A DNA stretch of 64,000 nucleotides, from contig MELA01000141.1 in NCBI GenBank assembly GCA_001767495.1, positions 933 through 64,932 of the forward strand, in the 5' to 3' direction. Under the pieces are notes generated by a model. It was not told the origin of the DNA. It saw nothing but the letters and a program-made list of their open reading frames with translations, and made no database searches. The number at the start of each line of letters is the position of its first letter. Position 1 is the stretch's first letter. The DNA comes from Acidobacteria bacterium RIFCSPLOWO2_12_FULL_65_11. GTDB taxonomy: Bacteria; Acidobacteriota; Vicinamibacteria; Vicinamibacterales; CAVVIG01. Positions 38,457-47,516 of the stretch are shown piece after piece. Both the position numbers and the translations under genes were made by a program.

Positions 38457-40010
38457 TCATCGCGCCACGACGGCGAGTTGTCTGCTTCCGAGGCGCTGGC
38501 CGCCGCGTGTGACCGTGACGGTCGTCTCCCACCGGCCGGGCGTCATCAGCTGGCCTCTGCCTCGATACACCCCGCCGCCCGCCGGCGACAGCTTCACCTC
38601 AGTGCTCATTGCCGGCATGTTCATGGCCGGCATCGCCGGCATGAGGAACTGCACGCTGACGTCCGCGCCATCGACGGGTGCGCCCGCCGGATCCTTCACC
38701 GTCACCTCGAGCTGGTTGTCGCCCGCCCTGGGCGGATCGGGTTGACTGCGAAGCGCGATGTCGAGACGCTCGCGCGAGCTTGCATCGGGCGCGGCCGGAG
38801 AAGCATCGAATCCCCGCAGCGACGCGCGAAGCTGGCTCTCCGAGTCGAGGAAGAACGTGGCGCCGGTCGCGACCTGCTCTCCGGCCTCGAGACCCTCGAG
38901 AATGTGAACGTCAGACGCCATGCGTTGGCCGGCTTTGACGCGTCGAGGCTCGAAGTACCCGTCGCCCTTCGCGACGAACACAATCTGCTCGGCTCCCGAG
39001 TCAAGAACGGCGTCGGTGGGCACGACAATGCCCGTGCCCGGCGCGGTGGTGATCTCGACATTCGCGTACATGCCGGGCTTGAGCCGGCCGTCGCCGTTCA
39101 TGAACGCGAAGCGGACCTTGTTGGTGCGCGTCTTTTCGTCAACGTAGGGGTAGATATAGAGGACCTCGCCGGAGAAGCGCTCGCCCGGGTAGGCATTGAG
39201 CGTCACGGCGGCGTGGCCGCCGACCTTGACGAGCGGCAGCTCGGCTTCATACACGTCCGCCTCGATCCACACGATCGAGAGGTCGGCGATCGTGTACAAG
39301 CGCTGTCCGGCCATCACCCGCGACCCCTTGAGCACCTGCTTGTCCATCACGACGCCGTCTGCCGGAGACCGGAACGTGAGCGTGTCGGGAGCTTCGCGCC
39401 GCTCGTCAAGGGCTGCGAGTGTCTCGGGGGGGAAATCCCACAGCTGGAGCCGGCGCCGAGCGGCCGCGACGAGCTGGTCCGCCCGCTCCCGGGCATCCGA
39501 AATCTGCGAGGATTGCATCTGGTCGCGGGTCTTGAGGGCCAGCAAATACTCGTTGGCCGCCGCCAGCAGATCGGGACTGTAGAGCGAAAACAGTGGATCG
39601 CCCTTCTTCACGGCCTGTCCGGTGTAATCGACGTAGAGATCGCGAATCCACCCATCGACCTTGAGGTTGACGTCGGCGAGTCGCGTTTCGTCGGCGCGGA
39701 CGAGCCCAATCAGCCGGACCTGCCGGGCGAGCGTCGCGCGCCGGGCGGCCGCAGTCCGGACGCCAATCAGCTGCTGCCGCCGCGGGTCGATGGCGATCTC
39801 GGCGCGAAGTGTGGAGGTGGAGGACGAGGTCGAGGCCGCGGGCGCATCGGTGCTCGGCGACCCGGAGGCCGGCATCCCTTGGCTGCTGGATCGGCCGGTG
39901 AAGTCAGTCACGCGAGCTACGAGAGGATCCAGCCATCTCGATCGGGAGGCATAGCCGCCGACTGCGGCTGCCACGATGGTGACGGCGATCACGATGGCCG
40001 TGCGCTTCAT
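38457..40010 (-). CDS. cusB: CusB-like RND adaptor with C-terminal Met-rich YtkA/FixH-like domain
   Basis: HlyD core (LFSLYSPDLLAA, coiled coil, beta-barrel) plus a roughly 110-aa C-terminal extension containing MPAMPAMNMPAM. Confidence 0.85.
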   Translation of the reverse strand: MKRTAIVIAVTIVAAAVGGYASRSRWLDPLVARVTDFTGRSSSQGMPASGSPSTDAPAASTSSSTSTLRAEIAIDPRRQQLIGVRTAAARRATLARQVRLIGLVRADETRLADVNLKVDGWIRDLYVDYTGQAVKKGDPLFSLYSPDLLAAANEYLLALKTRDQMQSSQISDARERADQLVAAARRRLQLWDFPPETLAALDERREAPDTLTFRSPADGVVMDKQVLKGSRVMAGQRLYTIADLSIVWIEADVYEAELPLVKVGGHAAVTLNAYPGERFSGEVLYIYPYVDEKTRTNKVRFAFMNGDGRLKPGMYANVEITTAPGTGIVVPTDAVLDSGAEQIVFVAKGDGYFEPRRVKAGQRMASDVHILEGLEAGEQVATGATFFLDSESQLRASLRGFDASPAAPDASSRERLDIALRSQPDPPRAGDNQLEVTVKDPAGAPVDGADVSVQFLMPAMPAMNMPAMSTEVKLSPAGGGVYRGRGQLMTPGRWETTVTVTRGGQRLGSRQLAVVAR

Positions 40011-41323
40011 TGGTTCACCCCGCTTGTGTCGACCTCGGCCAGCATCGCCGGTGCGAGCTCGGTCCCGACCGCCTGCTCGAGATCCGCGGTCGCTCGCTCG
40101 AGGTCGCTGAGGCTTCTCGAGTAGTCCAATTCCACCGTCAGCAAGACCCGTTCACTATCGACGACGCCGAGAGCGTCAAGCCGATCGGTTTGATACGCAA
40201 TGCGCGAAACCTCGAGCGCCTGGCGGGACTGCGGCAGCAGGGTCGTTCTCAAGAGCGCCACGCGCTGCTCGGTGGCCTTCACCCGGATGAACGCGTCCTG
40301 CACCGCCAGCCGCACGGCGCTCTCCATCGCACGAAGCTGGGCTTTGGCGGCATCGATCCTGGCGTTGGCCTCGCCGACTCGGGTATCGATGGCGCCGCGC
40401 GACCACGGCGCTCGTGGCCATGTGATGCCGACTCTTGCGAGCCAGCCGTCCGTCATGTTGGGTGTCAGCATGTAGCCCGCCTGCACCGAGTAGTCCGGCT
40501 TGTAGTCCTGGCGGGTCAGGGCGAGGTCGGTCTGCAGCCGCTCGATCTCGACGCGCATGCGCGCGAGCTCGGGCTGCTGCTCGAGGGCCAGGCGTTGCAG
40601 ATCCGCGACCTGCGCCAGTAACGTCCGGTCGCGCGGTTCGGTCATCTGTCCGACCGGCGCTTCCGGTGCGCGATCGAGCAGCGTATTGAGTCGCGCCGAC
40701 GCAAGGTCGGCCTGCAAGTCCAGCACGATGAGGTCGTCATGGAGGCGTGACAGTTCCACGACGCTCTTCAGGACGTCCTGCTGCGAGCTCCGCCCGGTTG
40801 CGTACTTGGCCTGGGAGAAGTCCGCGATTTGTCGGAGCACGCCGGCGTTCGCGCGAAGAACCTCGATGGCCCGGCGAGCAAGGAACAGTTCCGTGTATTG
40901 CTGTTTGACCTCGTTGAGGATTTGCTGCGCGCGTACGGCGATGTCCGCCTCGGCGACCTGAGATTCCTTCTGCGCAGCCTCGGCCCGCAGGGGGCGCTTG
41001 CCGCGGCCGGGAAACTCCTGCGTGGCCATGAACATGTACATGTTGGTGTTGGTCGGGTTGAGCGTGTTCACCGGCCAGTGCCAGATCTGGGTTTCGAGCA
41101 TCGGCGGGCTCAGAAAGCGCTGCTCGGCTGTCTTGAACTTCGTGCTGTCGAACTGACGCCGCAGGGCGATGAGTGTTGGATTCTTCTCGCCGGCCTCTCG
41201 GAGTGCCGCCGGCAAAGAAAGGGGCGGGCCTTCATAGACCCGCGGCCGATCGAGCTCATGCTGTTGGGCCGAGAGACTTTGGGCGCCGACGACGACAAAG
41301 ACACAAGCAAAGAGCTTCCGCAT
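40007..41323 (-). CDS. cusC: TolC-family outer-membrane efflux protein (CusC-like), operon 3
   Basis: Signal peptide MRKLFACVFVVVGAQSLSAQ. OEP repeats. ATGA overlap with cusB. Confidence 0.85.
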   Translation of the reverse strand: MRKLFACVFVVVGAQSLSAQQHELDRPRVYEGPPLSLPAALREAGEKNPTLIALRRQFDSTKFKTAEQRFLSPPMLETQIWHWPVNTLNPTNTNMYMFMATQEFPGRGKRPLRAEAAQKESQVAEADIAVRAQQILNEVKQQYTELFLARRAIEVLRANAGVLRQIADFSQAKYATGRSSQQDVLKSVVELSRLHDDLIVLDLQADLASARLNTLLDRAPEAPVGQMTEPRDRTLLAQVADLQRLALEQQPELARMRVEIERLQTDLALTRQDYKPDYSVQAGYMLTPNMTDGWLARVGITWPRAPWSRGAIDTRVGEANARIDAAKAQLRAMESAVRLAVQDAFIRVKATEQRVALLRTTLLPQSRQALEVSRIAYQTDRLDALGVVDSERVLLTVELDYSRSLSDLERATADLEQAVGTELAPAMLAEVDTSGVNQ

Positions 41324-41414
41324 GACACGCTGCCTTTCCTTGAGATAGCCGCCACACGCCGCACTGCGGCGCGACGCCGATCGATTCGGACGCGTGGTGA
41401 CGTAGCGTAGTGAC

Positions 41415-41442
41415 GTACGTAGTGTCCGGCTTCAGCCGGACC
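41415..41442 (+). repeat. REP-like unit P (forward)
   Basis: GTACGTAGTGTCCGGCTTCAGCCGGACC, lying between the small leader ORF and cusC. Confidence 0.9.
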
Positions 41443-41454
41443 AGGCAGCGAACG

Positions 41455-41862
41455 CTAGATCAGAAAGACGGAGAGGACGATGTGCCGGCGTGTTGGAGAG
41501 AAGGGAGGTCCGGTGTCAGTCGAAGAGACCAGCCGCACGCGAGCCGGTGCAACAGGAATCGCCGCCGCCACGACGGCCGAAAATGGAACAGCCGATGGGA
41601 GGGCAATCCGCTCCTGCTTCGCCGCGACAAAACCATGTGATTGTTGAAGCTGCCCGTCCTCGCAGCATGGCGCCGCTTTGGCTCCTGCCGGGCATGACGA
41701 GTCGTGGTGGCCACTGGCGCAGCAGGCCATCTGGGCGTCGGCCCCGTCGAGAGCCGCCACGCAATCTGCCAGCGATCCCCCAGCGAGGACGATCGCCAAC
41801 ACGATCGGCACACCGCGAACGCGCAAGCGGGTCACGAAGGACATTGGGGGTGATTGTCCCAT
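41455..41862 (-). CDS. small secreted Cys-rich protein leading RND operon 3
   Basis: Signal/anchor VPIVLAIVLAGGSLA. Six Cys plus HH in DCVAALDGADAQMACCASGHHDSSCPAGAKAAPCC. Tail TGPPFSPTRRHIVLSVFLI. Start may be the second ATG (41844). Confidence 0.55.
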   Translation of the reverse strand: MGQSPPMSFVTRLRVRGVPIVLAIVLAGGSLADCVAALDGADAQMACCASGHHDSSCPAGAKAAPCCEDGQLQQSHGFVAAKQERIALPSAVPFSAVVAAAIPVAPARVRLVSSTDTGPPFSPTRRHIVLSVFLI

Positions 41863-41896
41863 CGAACGCCGGGCCTGTCAAAATCAGGCCGGATTT

Positions 41897-41964
41897 GGTC
41901 CGCCTCAAGGCGGACGCTACATCAAGAGCCGGTCCGCCTGAAGGCGGACACTACACCAAGAGCG
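41897..41964. repeat. two tandem 34-nt REP-like Q units
   Basis: GGTCCGCCTCAAGGCGGACGCTACATCAAGAGCC / GGTCCGCCTGAAGGCGGACACTACACCAAGAGCG. The M23 peptidase stop codon (41922-41924) lies inside copy 1. Confidence 0.9.
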
Positions 41965-43163
41965 GCCATCGCACGATCGCGAACGGCGGCAAACGCCGCC
42001 ATCTGATCGGCAGGAACCGGAGCGGCCGGTGGTGTGTCGCGCACGGCCGTCAGCGGGTTGACGAACACGCCATTCTTCTTCACGCGGTAGTCGAGGTGCG
42101 GGCCGGTCGCGAGCCCGGTGGCGCCCACGCGGCCGATGAGGTCGCCCTGCGCGACGCGCGCGCCGGCACGCACGTCGATCGAGGACAGGTGCAGGTACTC
42201 GGTCTCGAAGCCGTTCCCGTGTCGCAGGTGGACCATCCGTCCCGACGCGCCGTTAGCGCCCGCCTGCACCACCACGCCGTCGGCCACGGCCACGACCGGC
42301 GCGCCCACCGGCGCCCGGTAATCGACACCGAGGTGCGCGCGCCGCTCGTGAAGGACCGGGTGCAGGCGGCTGCGGGAAAAACCCGACGAGACGGTCGGCT
42401 GAAACTTCAGCGGTGAGCGCAGCAGAAAGCGCCGCACCGACACGCCGCGCTCGTCGAAGTAGGCCGGCGAGCCACCCTCGGGGACAAAGCGCACGGCACG
42501 CAAGCGGCGACCGTCGTTGTTGAACTCGGCGGCCTGCAGGGGCCCGTAGCCCGCAAAGACATGCTGCTCGCGGAACTCGGTGTCGACCAGCACCCCGAAG
42601 GTGTCGCCGGGCTGAAGCTCGGTATTGAAGTCGATCTGACCGCTGAGGACGTCGGCAAGCGCGATCGCCAGCTCGGCTCTCCCCCCGCCGGCGCCTATCG
42701 CGCCGAAGAGCGAAGGGACGCTCGGCGTAATGATCCCCTGCACGACCTCGACGCTGATGGTCTTCGGGATCGGCAGCACTTCGGCCAGAAGCGCCGCGTC
42801 GCCGGTCGGGCGGCTCACCCGCAGGAAACGATCCTGGTCGATCTCGTACTCGAAACTCTTCAATCGACCGCCGGCCGCCCACCGCTCGATGCGGTAGGGT
42901 CGATCGGCGTGGACCTTCCGCACGTCGAACACCGCCTGCGCCCGCGCGAGGAGATCCGCGATTTCCTCGTCTGCCACGCGGCCGGCGTGCAGGAGCCCGC
43001 CGAGCGTCGCCCCCGCCGCGACGCGCGCCGAGACCGCGCGCATATCGGCCCTGAGATCGATGTCCTCGAGGTCACCGCGGGTCGCGCGCATACCGCGGTC
43101 GCCGGCCGGTCCGACGCAACCGGTTGCGGCCATACACATGACGATCAGGATTGAGTACCGCAT
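41922..43163 (-). CDS. M23-family metallopeptidase (possible lipoprotein)
   Basis: HLGVDYRAPVGAPV..GRMVHLRHGNGFETEYLHLSS HxxxD/HxH motifs. MRYSILIVMCMAATGC signal. The last 14 codons are REP-encoded. Confidence 0.88.
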   Translation of the reverse strand: MRYSILIVMCMAATGCVGPAGDRGMRATRGDLEDIDLRADMRAVSARVAAGATLGGLLHAGRVADEEIADLLARAQAVFDVRKVHADRPYRIERWAAGGRLKSFEYEIDQDRFLRVSRPTGDAALLAEVLPIPKTISVEVVQGIITPSVPSLFGAIGAGGGRAELAIALADVLSGQIDFNTELQPGDTFGVLVDTEFREQHVFAGYGPLQAAEFNNDGRRLRAVRFVPEGGSPAYFDERGVSVRRFLLRSPLKFQPTVSSGFSRSRLHPVLHERRAHLGVDYRAPVGAPVVAVADGVVVQAGANGASGRMVHLRHGNGFETEYLHLSSIDVRAGARVAQGDLIGRVGATGLATGPHLDYRVKKNGVFVNPLTAVRDTPPAAPVPADQMAAFAAVRDRAMAALGVVSAFRRTGS

Positions 43164-43215
43164 ACTCCCCAACCTATCGGACGCAGGCTCGCTCAAGCGT
43201 AGGCTCCCGGTGATT

Positions 43216-44799
43216 CTACAGGCGGTGGTAGGTGGCCGCCCAGCGCCGAAGCGCTTCTCGCCGCTCGCATGCCTCCGGGATCTCGTCCAGACGGTCGGAC
43301 GGCCACGGCAAGCGGTAGGTCCAGTTGACGTCGTTCACCGTCGCCGGTTCGTTGATGCGTTCACTTGTGCCGAAGACGTCTTGGATCGGGAGCATCAACA
43401 GATTGGATCCAGAGGCGAAGAGCGCCGCGACCAGGGCGTCACGGATCGTGGGATTAAAGGGCGCATCGCTCGCGGCATCGTTTGATCCCGTCAGCCGCTG
43501 TATCGCAGGCACCTCGCCCACCTTCCGGCGCTCGTCAGCCGACAGGTGTTCCCACCAGCAGGCGAGCGGCTCGGTGTCGTGCGTGCCGGAGGTCGCGACC
43601 GAAGTGGGCGGATACTCCACCGGATCGATGAACGGCTGTCCCGCCATGCCCCACCGGCGTTCCCAGCGGAACACGCGGAAGCCGGACACGCCGAGTCGCG
43701 CGAGTGAGGCGCGCACGAAATCGGGCACGACGCCGAGATCCTCCGCGACGATCGTCGAGCCGGTCGCCCGGAAGATGCCGAGCAGCCGCTCGCCGAGCGC
43801 CGTCTGTGTCGGCTCGTCAGCGGGCGTGAAGAACGGCGGGCTGCCGTCTGTCGGCCACGCGAAGGTTCGATAGAACCCGACGAGGTGGTCGATGCGGTAG
43901 CCGTCGTAGAGGTCGGCGGCCCGCCGCGCCCGTTCGCGAAGCCACAAGAAGTCTCCGACGGCCATCACGTCCCAGCGATAGAGCGGCATCCCCCAGTTCT
44001 GGCCCGCGGCGCTGAAGGCATCCGGGGGCGCGCCTATCGACACATCGAGGCGGAACTGCTGCTGCCTGGCCCACACATCGGCGCTGTCGCCGTCGACCAT
44101 AAACGGCAGGTCGCCGAAGATCGCCACTTCGTGCGCCTGCCGGCGGGCCTCTCGCCACTGAGACATGGCCAGCCACTGCAGGTACTGATAGAAGAGGACC
44201 TCGGTCGCCAATTCCCGGCGGGTGCGATCGATGTCGGCCGGCTCTCGCCGCGCCAGCGCGGCCGGCCACTCGGTCCACGGCCGCTCGCCCTCGCGCGCGT
44301 GAATGGCGCGAAAGAGCGCATAGTCCTCGACCCACCAGGCCTGCTCGCTGACGAAGCTCCGGAAGGCCCGCGCACGGGCGGTGTCGCGGCGCCACTCGGT
44401 GTTCCAGAACCACTCGAACGCCACGCGAAGCGACGCGTGTTTCAGCCGCCACACGCTCGCGTACTCGATCCGCGGTGCCCTCCGTACCCGCCCGAGCAGC
44501 TCCCGGTCGCCGCTCCCGAGCGAGGCCTCGCCGCCCATCGCGGCGAACTCGGGCACGTCGGGCAGGCGGAGGAAAATCGGATCGATCGCCATGGCGCTGA
44601 TGGCCGAGTACGGCGACTGTTGCCCAGGCGCCATCTCGTTGATCGGCAGAATCTGCAGCACGCGCTGGCCGGCGGCGGCCAGCCACGCCGTCATGGGCAC
44701 CAGGTCGCCGATGTCGCCGATGCCCCAGCTCGTCGAGGACGGGAAGGAGAACAACGGGATGAGGAGACCCGCGCGGCGGCAGAGGGCGGCATCAGTCAT
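43216..44799 (-). CDS. malQ: 4-alpha-glucanotransferase (amylomaltase, GH77)
   Basis: WGIGDIGDL, SPYSAISAMAI, YRIDHLVGF, GDLPFMV and EDLGVVP motifs of GH77. Confidence 0.9.
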   Translation of the reverse strand: MTDAALCRRAGLLIPLFSFPSSTSWGIGDIGDLVPMTAWLAAAGQRVLQILPINEMAPGQQSPYSAISAMAIDPIFLRLPDVPEFAAMGGEASLGSGDRELLGRVRRAPRIEYASVWRLKHASLRVAFEWFWNTEWRRDTARARAFRSFVSEQAWWVEDYALFRAIHAREGERPWTEWPAALARREPADIDRTRRELATEVLFYQYLQWLAMSQWREARRQAHEVAIFGDLPFMVDGDSADVWARQQQFRLDVSIGAPPDAFSAAGQNWGMPLYRWDVMAVGDFLWLRERARRAADLYDGYRIDHLVGFYRTFAWPTDGSPPFFTPADEPTQTALGERLLGIFRATGSTIVAEDLGVVPDFVRASLARLGVSGFRVFRWERRWGMAGQPFIDPVEYPPTSVATSGTHDTEPLACWWEHLSADERRKVGEVPAIQRLTGSNDAASDAPFNPTIRDALVAALFASGSNLLMLPIQDVFGTSERINEPATVNDVNWTYRLPWPSDRLDEIPEACERREALRRWAATYHRL

Positions 44800-44814
44800 G
44801 ACACATCGGCACGG

Positions 44815-45996
44815 TCAGCGCGCCGCCGGGCAATCGACATGCCGCAACACTCGGCCGATCCCGTCGGCGAACAGATCCTCCCGCACGAGCAGGCTGACGA
44901 TGAGATACGACTCGCGAGGAAAATCAAAGAAGTATCCGGGGTGTACTAAGACGCCGTTGGCTTGAAGAAGGTTGACGACCAAGTCTTCTTCGGAGTCGAG
45001 CGAGGGCACCTGCAGTACTGCGTACCATCCGCCCTCGCTCGTCAGGACGTGGCATGCCGGAACCGACCGTGCCTGCTCCCGCAGCCGGCGGCTGTTGGCG
45101 GCCACGCGACGCGCGACCTGGCTGCGCACCATGGCTCCGCGCGCTAACAGCTCGGCGGCCGCGAGCTGCACCGGCGTTGACACCGACAAATATGTGTCGC
45201 ACAAAAGCTCCAGCCGATCGAGCGCGGCCTCGACGATCCGATCGGGGCCGGCGGCGGCGATCCACCCCAGCTTCACCTGGGGAAGGCCGACCGACTTCGA
45301 CAATCCGCCGAGCGAAAAGACGAGCGTGTCGCGCCGGTCGAGCATCCGCCCGGCCGAGGCTGGCGCGCCCGGTGTCAGCTCGTAGTCCGCAAAGACTTCG
45401 TCGGCGATGAGGGCCAGATCGCGATCCTGGCAGATCGCCGCCAGCCGATCCAGCTCGTCGGGCCTGACAAACGATCCTGTCGGATTGTTTGGAGACACGA
45501 CAAGAACGGCCCGCGAGCGCCCGGTGACCGCGCGCTCGACCGAAGCCATGTCAATCGACCAGGCGCCGTGGTATTCGAGCTCGTAGGAGCGCGTCGAGAC
45601 GACGTCGAGCCGCGTCAGGTGATCGAAGAGCGGATAGCTCGGCCGAGGGACGAGGACCTCGTCTCCGGGATCGGCCAGCAGCTTGAACAGCAACCCGTAC
45701 GCCTCGCTCGTGCTCGTCGTCAGCACGATGCGCTCTGGCGCGACGTCGAGCCCGCGTCGAGCGTAGTCGGCCGCGACGGCCCGGCGTGCTTCGATGGTCC
45801 CGAACGGGCTTGGTGTGTACGTCAGCCCGCGTGGATGGCCGAGCGACGCGAGCAGATCGGGAGGGTAATCGAATCCTGCGCGCGTCGGATTGGACTCCGT
45901 GAGATCAATGAAGGGCCGCCCCGCCGCCCTCACCGCCTCGAGGGCCAGCGTCAGGCGGTTTGGCGTCAGGCTCGAGGGCGTTCGATTCGAGAACAC
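44815..45996 (-). CDS. PLP-dependent aminotransferase, class I/II
   Basis: SPNNPTG, SLGGLSKS (PLP Lys) and NPTRAGF motifs. Substrate not assignable. Confidence 0.85.
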   Translation of the reverse strand: MFSNRTPSSLTPNRLTLALEAVRAAGRPFIDLTESNPTRAGFDYPPDLLASLGHPRGLTYTPSPFGTIEARRAVAADYARRGLDVAPERIVLTTSTSEAYGLLFKLLADPGDEVLVPRPSYPLFDHLTRLDVVSTRSYELEYHGAWSIDMASVERAVTGRSRAVLVVSPNNPTGSFVRPDELDRLAAICQDRDLALIADEVFADYELTPGAPASAGRMLDRRDTLVFSLGGLSKSVGLPQVKLGWIAAAGPDRIVEAALDRLELLCDTYLSVSTPVQLAAAELLARGAMVRSQVARRVAANSRRLREQARSVPACHVLTSEGGWYAVLQVPSLDSEEDLVVNLLQANGVLVHPGYFFDFPRESYLIVSLLVREDLFADGIGRVLRHVDCPAAR

Positions 45997-46077
45997 GGAA
46001 CGATACTATGCCACGACGACCGGCAACTTCCCGCTTGGCACTCGCATTTCCAGGTACTACACTCTTGGTGGTAAGGA

Positions 46078-46494
46078 ATGAGCCGGACGATGATGAAAAA
46101 GAAGTCTTTCGCGTTTCTGTGTCTCGCCGCGGCCCTCAGCCTCGGTGGTCTTGTGGCGGCCCAGCAGAAGATTGCTGTGTACGTCGGTGAGATTAAGGGG
46201 CCTGATGAGTTCGTCAGCGAGCGGATCAGGCTGCTCTTCATGGAGGAGTTCTCGAAGATCAAGATGCTCGAGGTGGTGGACTCCAAGGACAAGGCACAGC
46301 TCATCCTCGATGGCATCGGACGGCCCGAGTCTGCTCAGCAAGGCGCGCTTCTGTCCGTGAAGCTGTTAGAGCAAGGCTCCGGTCGCATCATCTTTGCCGG
46401 CAACAAGACCGAGTCCGGGAGCGCCAGCGGCGCCACCAAGAACGCGGTGCTCTTCGTCGTCAAGGATATGAAGAGGGTGCTCAAGTGGAAGTGA
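46078..46494 (+). CDS. hypothetical secreted protein
   Basis: GGTAAGGA RBS. Signal peptide KKKSFAFLCLAAALSLGGLVAAQQ. Lower GC than neighbours. Confidence 0.6.
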   Translation: MSRTMMKKKSFAFLCLAAALSLGGLVAAQQKIAVYVGEIKGPDEFVSERIRLLFMEEFSKIKMLEVVDSKDKAQLILDGIGRPESAQQGALLSVKLLEQGSGRIIFAGNKTESGSASGATKNAVLFVVKDMKRVLKWK

Positions 46495-46498
46495 GTGT

Positions 46499-47458
46499 TT
46501 GATCCCATGCAACCTCTGCGGATCGTCTGACGCGGAGCAGATTCGTTCCAAGGATCGCCACGGCGGCTTCCTGCGGTCGGTCATCTGCCGCCGCTGCGGG
46601 CTGGTCTGGACCGATCCTCGCCCGACGCCGGACGCGATGCGGACGTTCTACGCGCGCGACTATCGCCTCGATTACAAGCGCGCCTACCAGCCCAAGCCGA
46701 GGCACATCTACCGAGCAGGAAAGGTCGCCGTCTATCGATTCCTGCGGATTCAGCCGCTCCTCCGGCCCGGCTTCCGGGTGTTCGACCTGGGCGCGGGCGG
46801 TGGCGAGGTCGTGTACGTCCTGCGCGCGATGGGCTACGCCGCCTCGGGTGTCGAGCCGAGCGAGGGGTACGCGCGCTACGCCGCCGATCGTCTTGACGTG
46901 CCGGTGACCCAAGGGTTCTGGCAGGACGCCGGCGTCGCCCCCGCGTCACAGGATCTCGTGACGATGTTCCACACCATGGAGCACTTGGAGGACCCGCTGG
47001 GCGCTCTGCGGCGTGCCTCCCAGTGGCTCACGCCGCAGGGGCTGTTGTTCATCGAGGTGCCCAACGTCGAGGCGACCTACAACCAGCCGCATCAGCAGTT
47101 CCATCGCGGCCACCTGTACCACTTCAACATGGCGACGCTCCAGACGATGGGGAGGCGCGCCGGCTATGCGGCGATCGGCGAGTCGAGGTCGTCTGACGGC
47201 GGCATCATCTCCGTCGTTTTCCAGAAGACGGACGCGACACCGCCCCCATCGGGCGAGATAGTTGGGAATTACGAGCAGGTCGCGTCGATTCTTCGCCGCC
47301 ATACCACGGCGTCGCATGTCTTCTCCCGTTATCCTTACGTCCGGCCGTTCCAGAAACTCAAGGCGTGGGTCGAGGAGCAGCGGAACGCGCGGTTACACCA
47401 GTCGCCGACAGCGGTATTGGACGGATTGATCGAGACTCTGTTGGTCGTTGGTCGCTAG
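46499..47458 (+). CDS. class I SAM-dependent methyltransferase with N-terminal Zn-ribbon
   Basis: CNLCGS..CRRCG pair followed by VFDLGAGGGEVV (motif I). TTG start. Confidence 0.8.
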   Translation: MIPCNLCGSSDAEQIRSKDRHGGFLRSVICRRCGLVWTDPRPTPDAMRTFYARDYRLDYKRAYQPKPRHIYRAGKVAVYRFLRIQPLLRPGFRVFDLGAGGGEVVYVLRAMGYAASGVEPSEGYARYAADRLDVPVTQGFWQDAGVAPASQDLVTMFHTMEHLEDPLGALRRASQWLTPQGLLFIEVPNVEATYNQPHQQFHRGHLYHFNMATLQTMGRRAGYAAIGESRSSDGGIISVVFQKTDATPPPSGEIVGNYEQVASILRRHTTASHVFSRYPYVRPFQKLKAWVEEQRNARLHQSPTAVLDGLIETLLVVGR

Positions 47459-47516
47459 CGAACTGCGCTGCGGCGTCTTTCCCCGACGGGGTGACCGCTA
47501 TAGCCCGCGGATCCCG

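Noticed and set aside
46036-46050. Sigma-54-like site TGGCACTCGCATTTC upstream of ORF 46078
   Set aside because: The -24 element is perfect, but the invariant -12 GC is TC. Too weak to call without a PWM score or TSS data.
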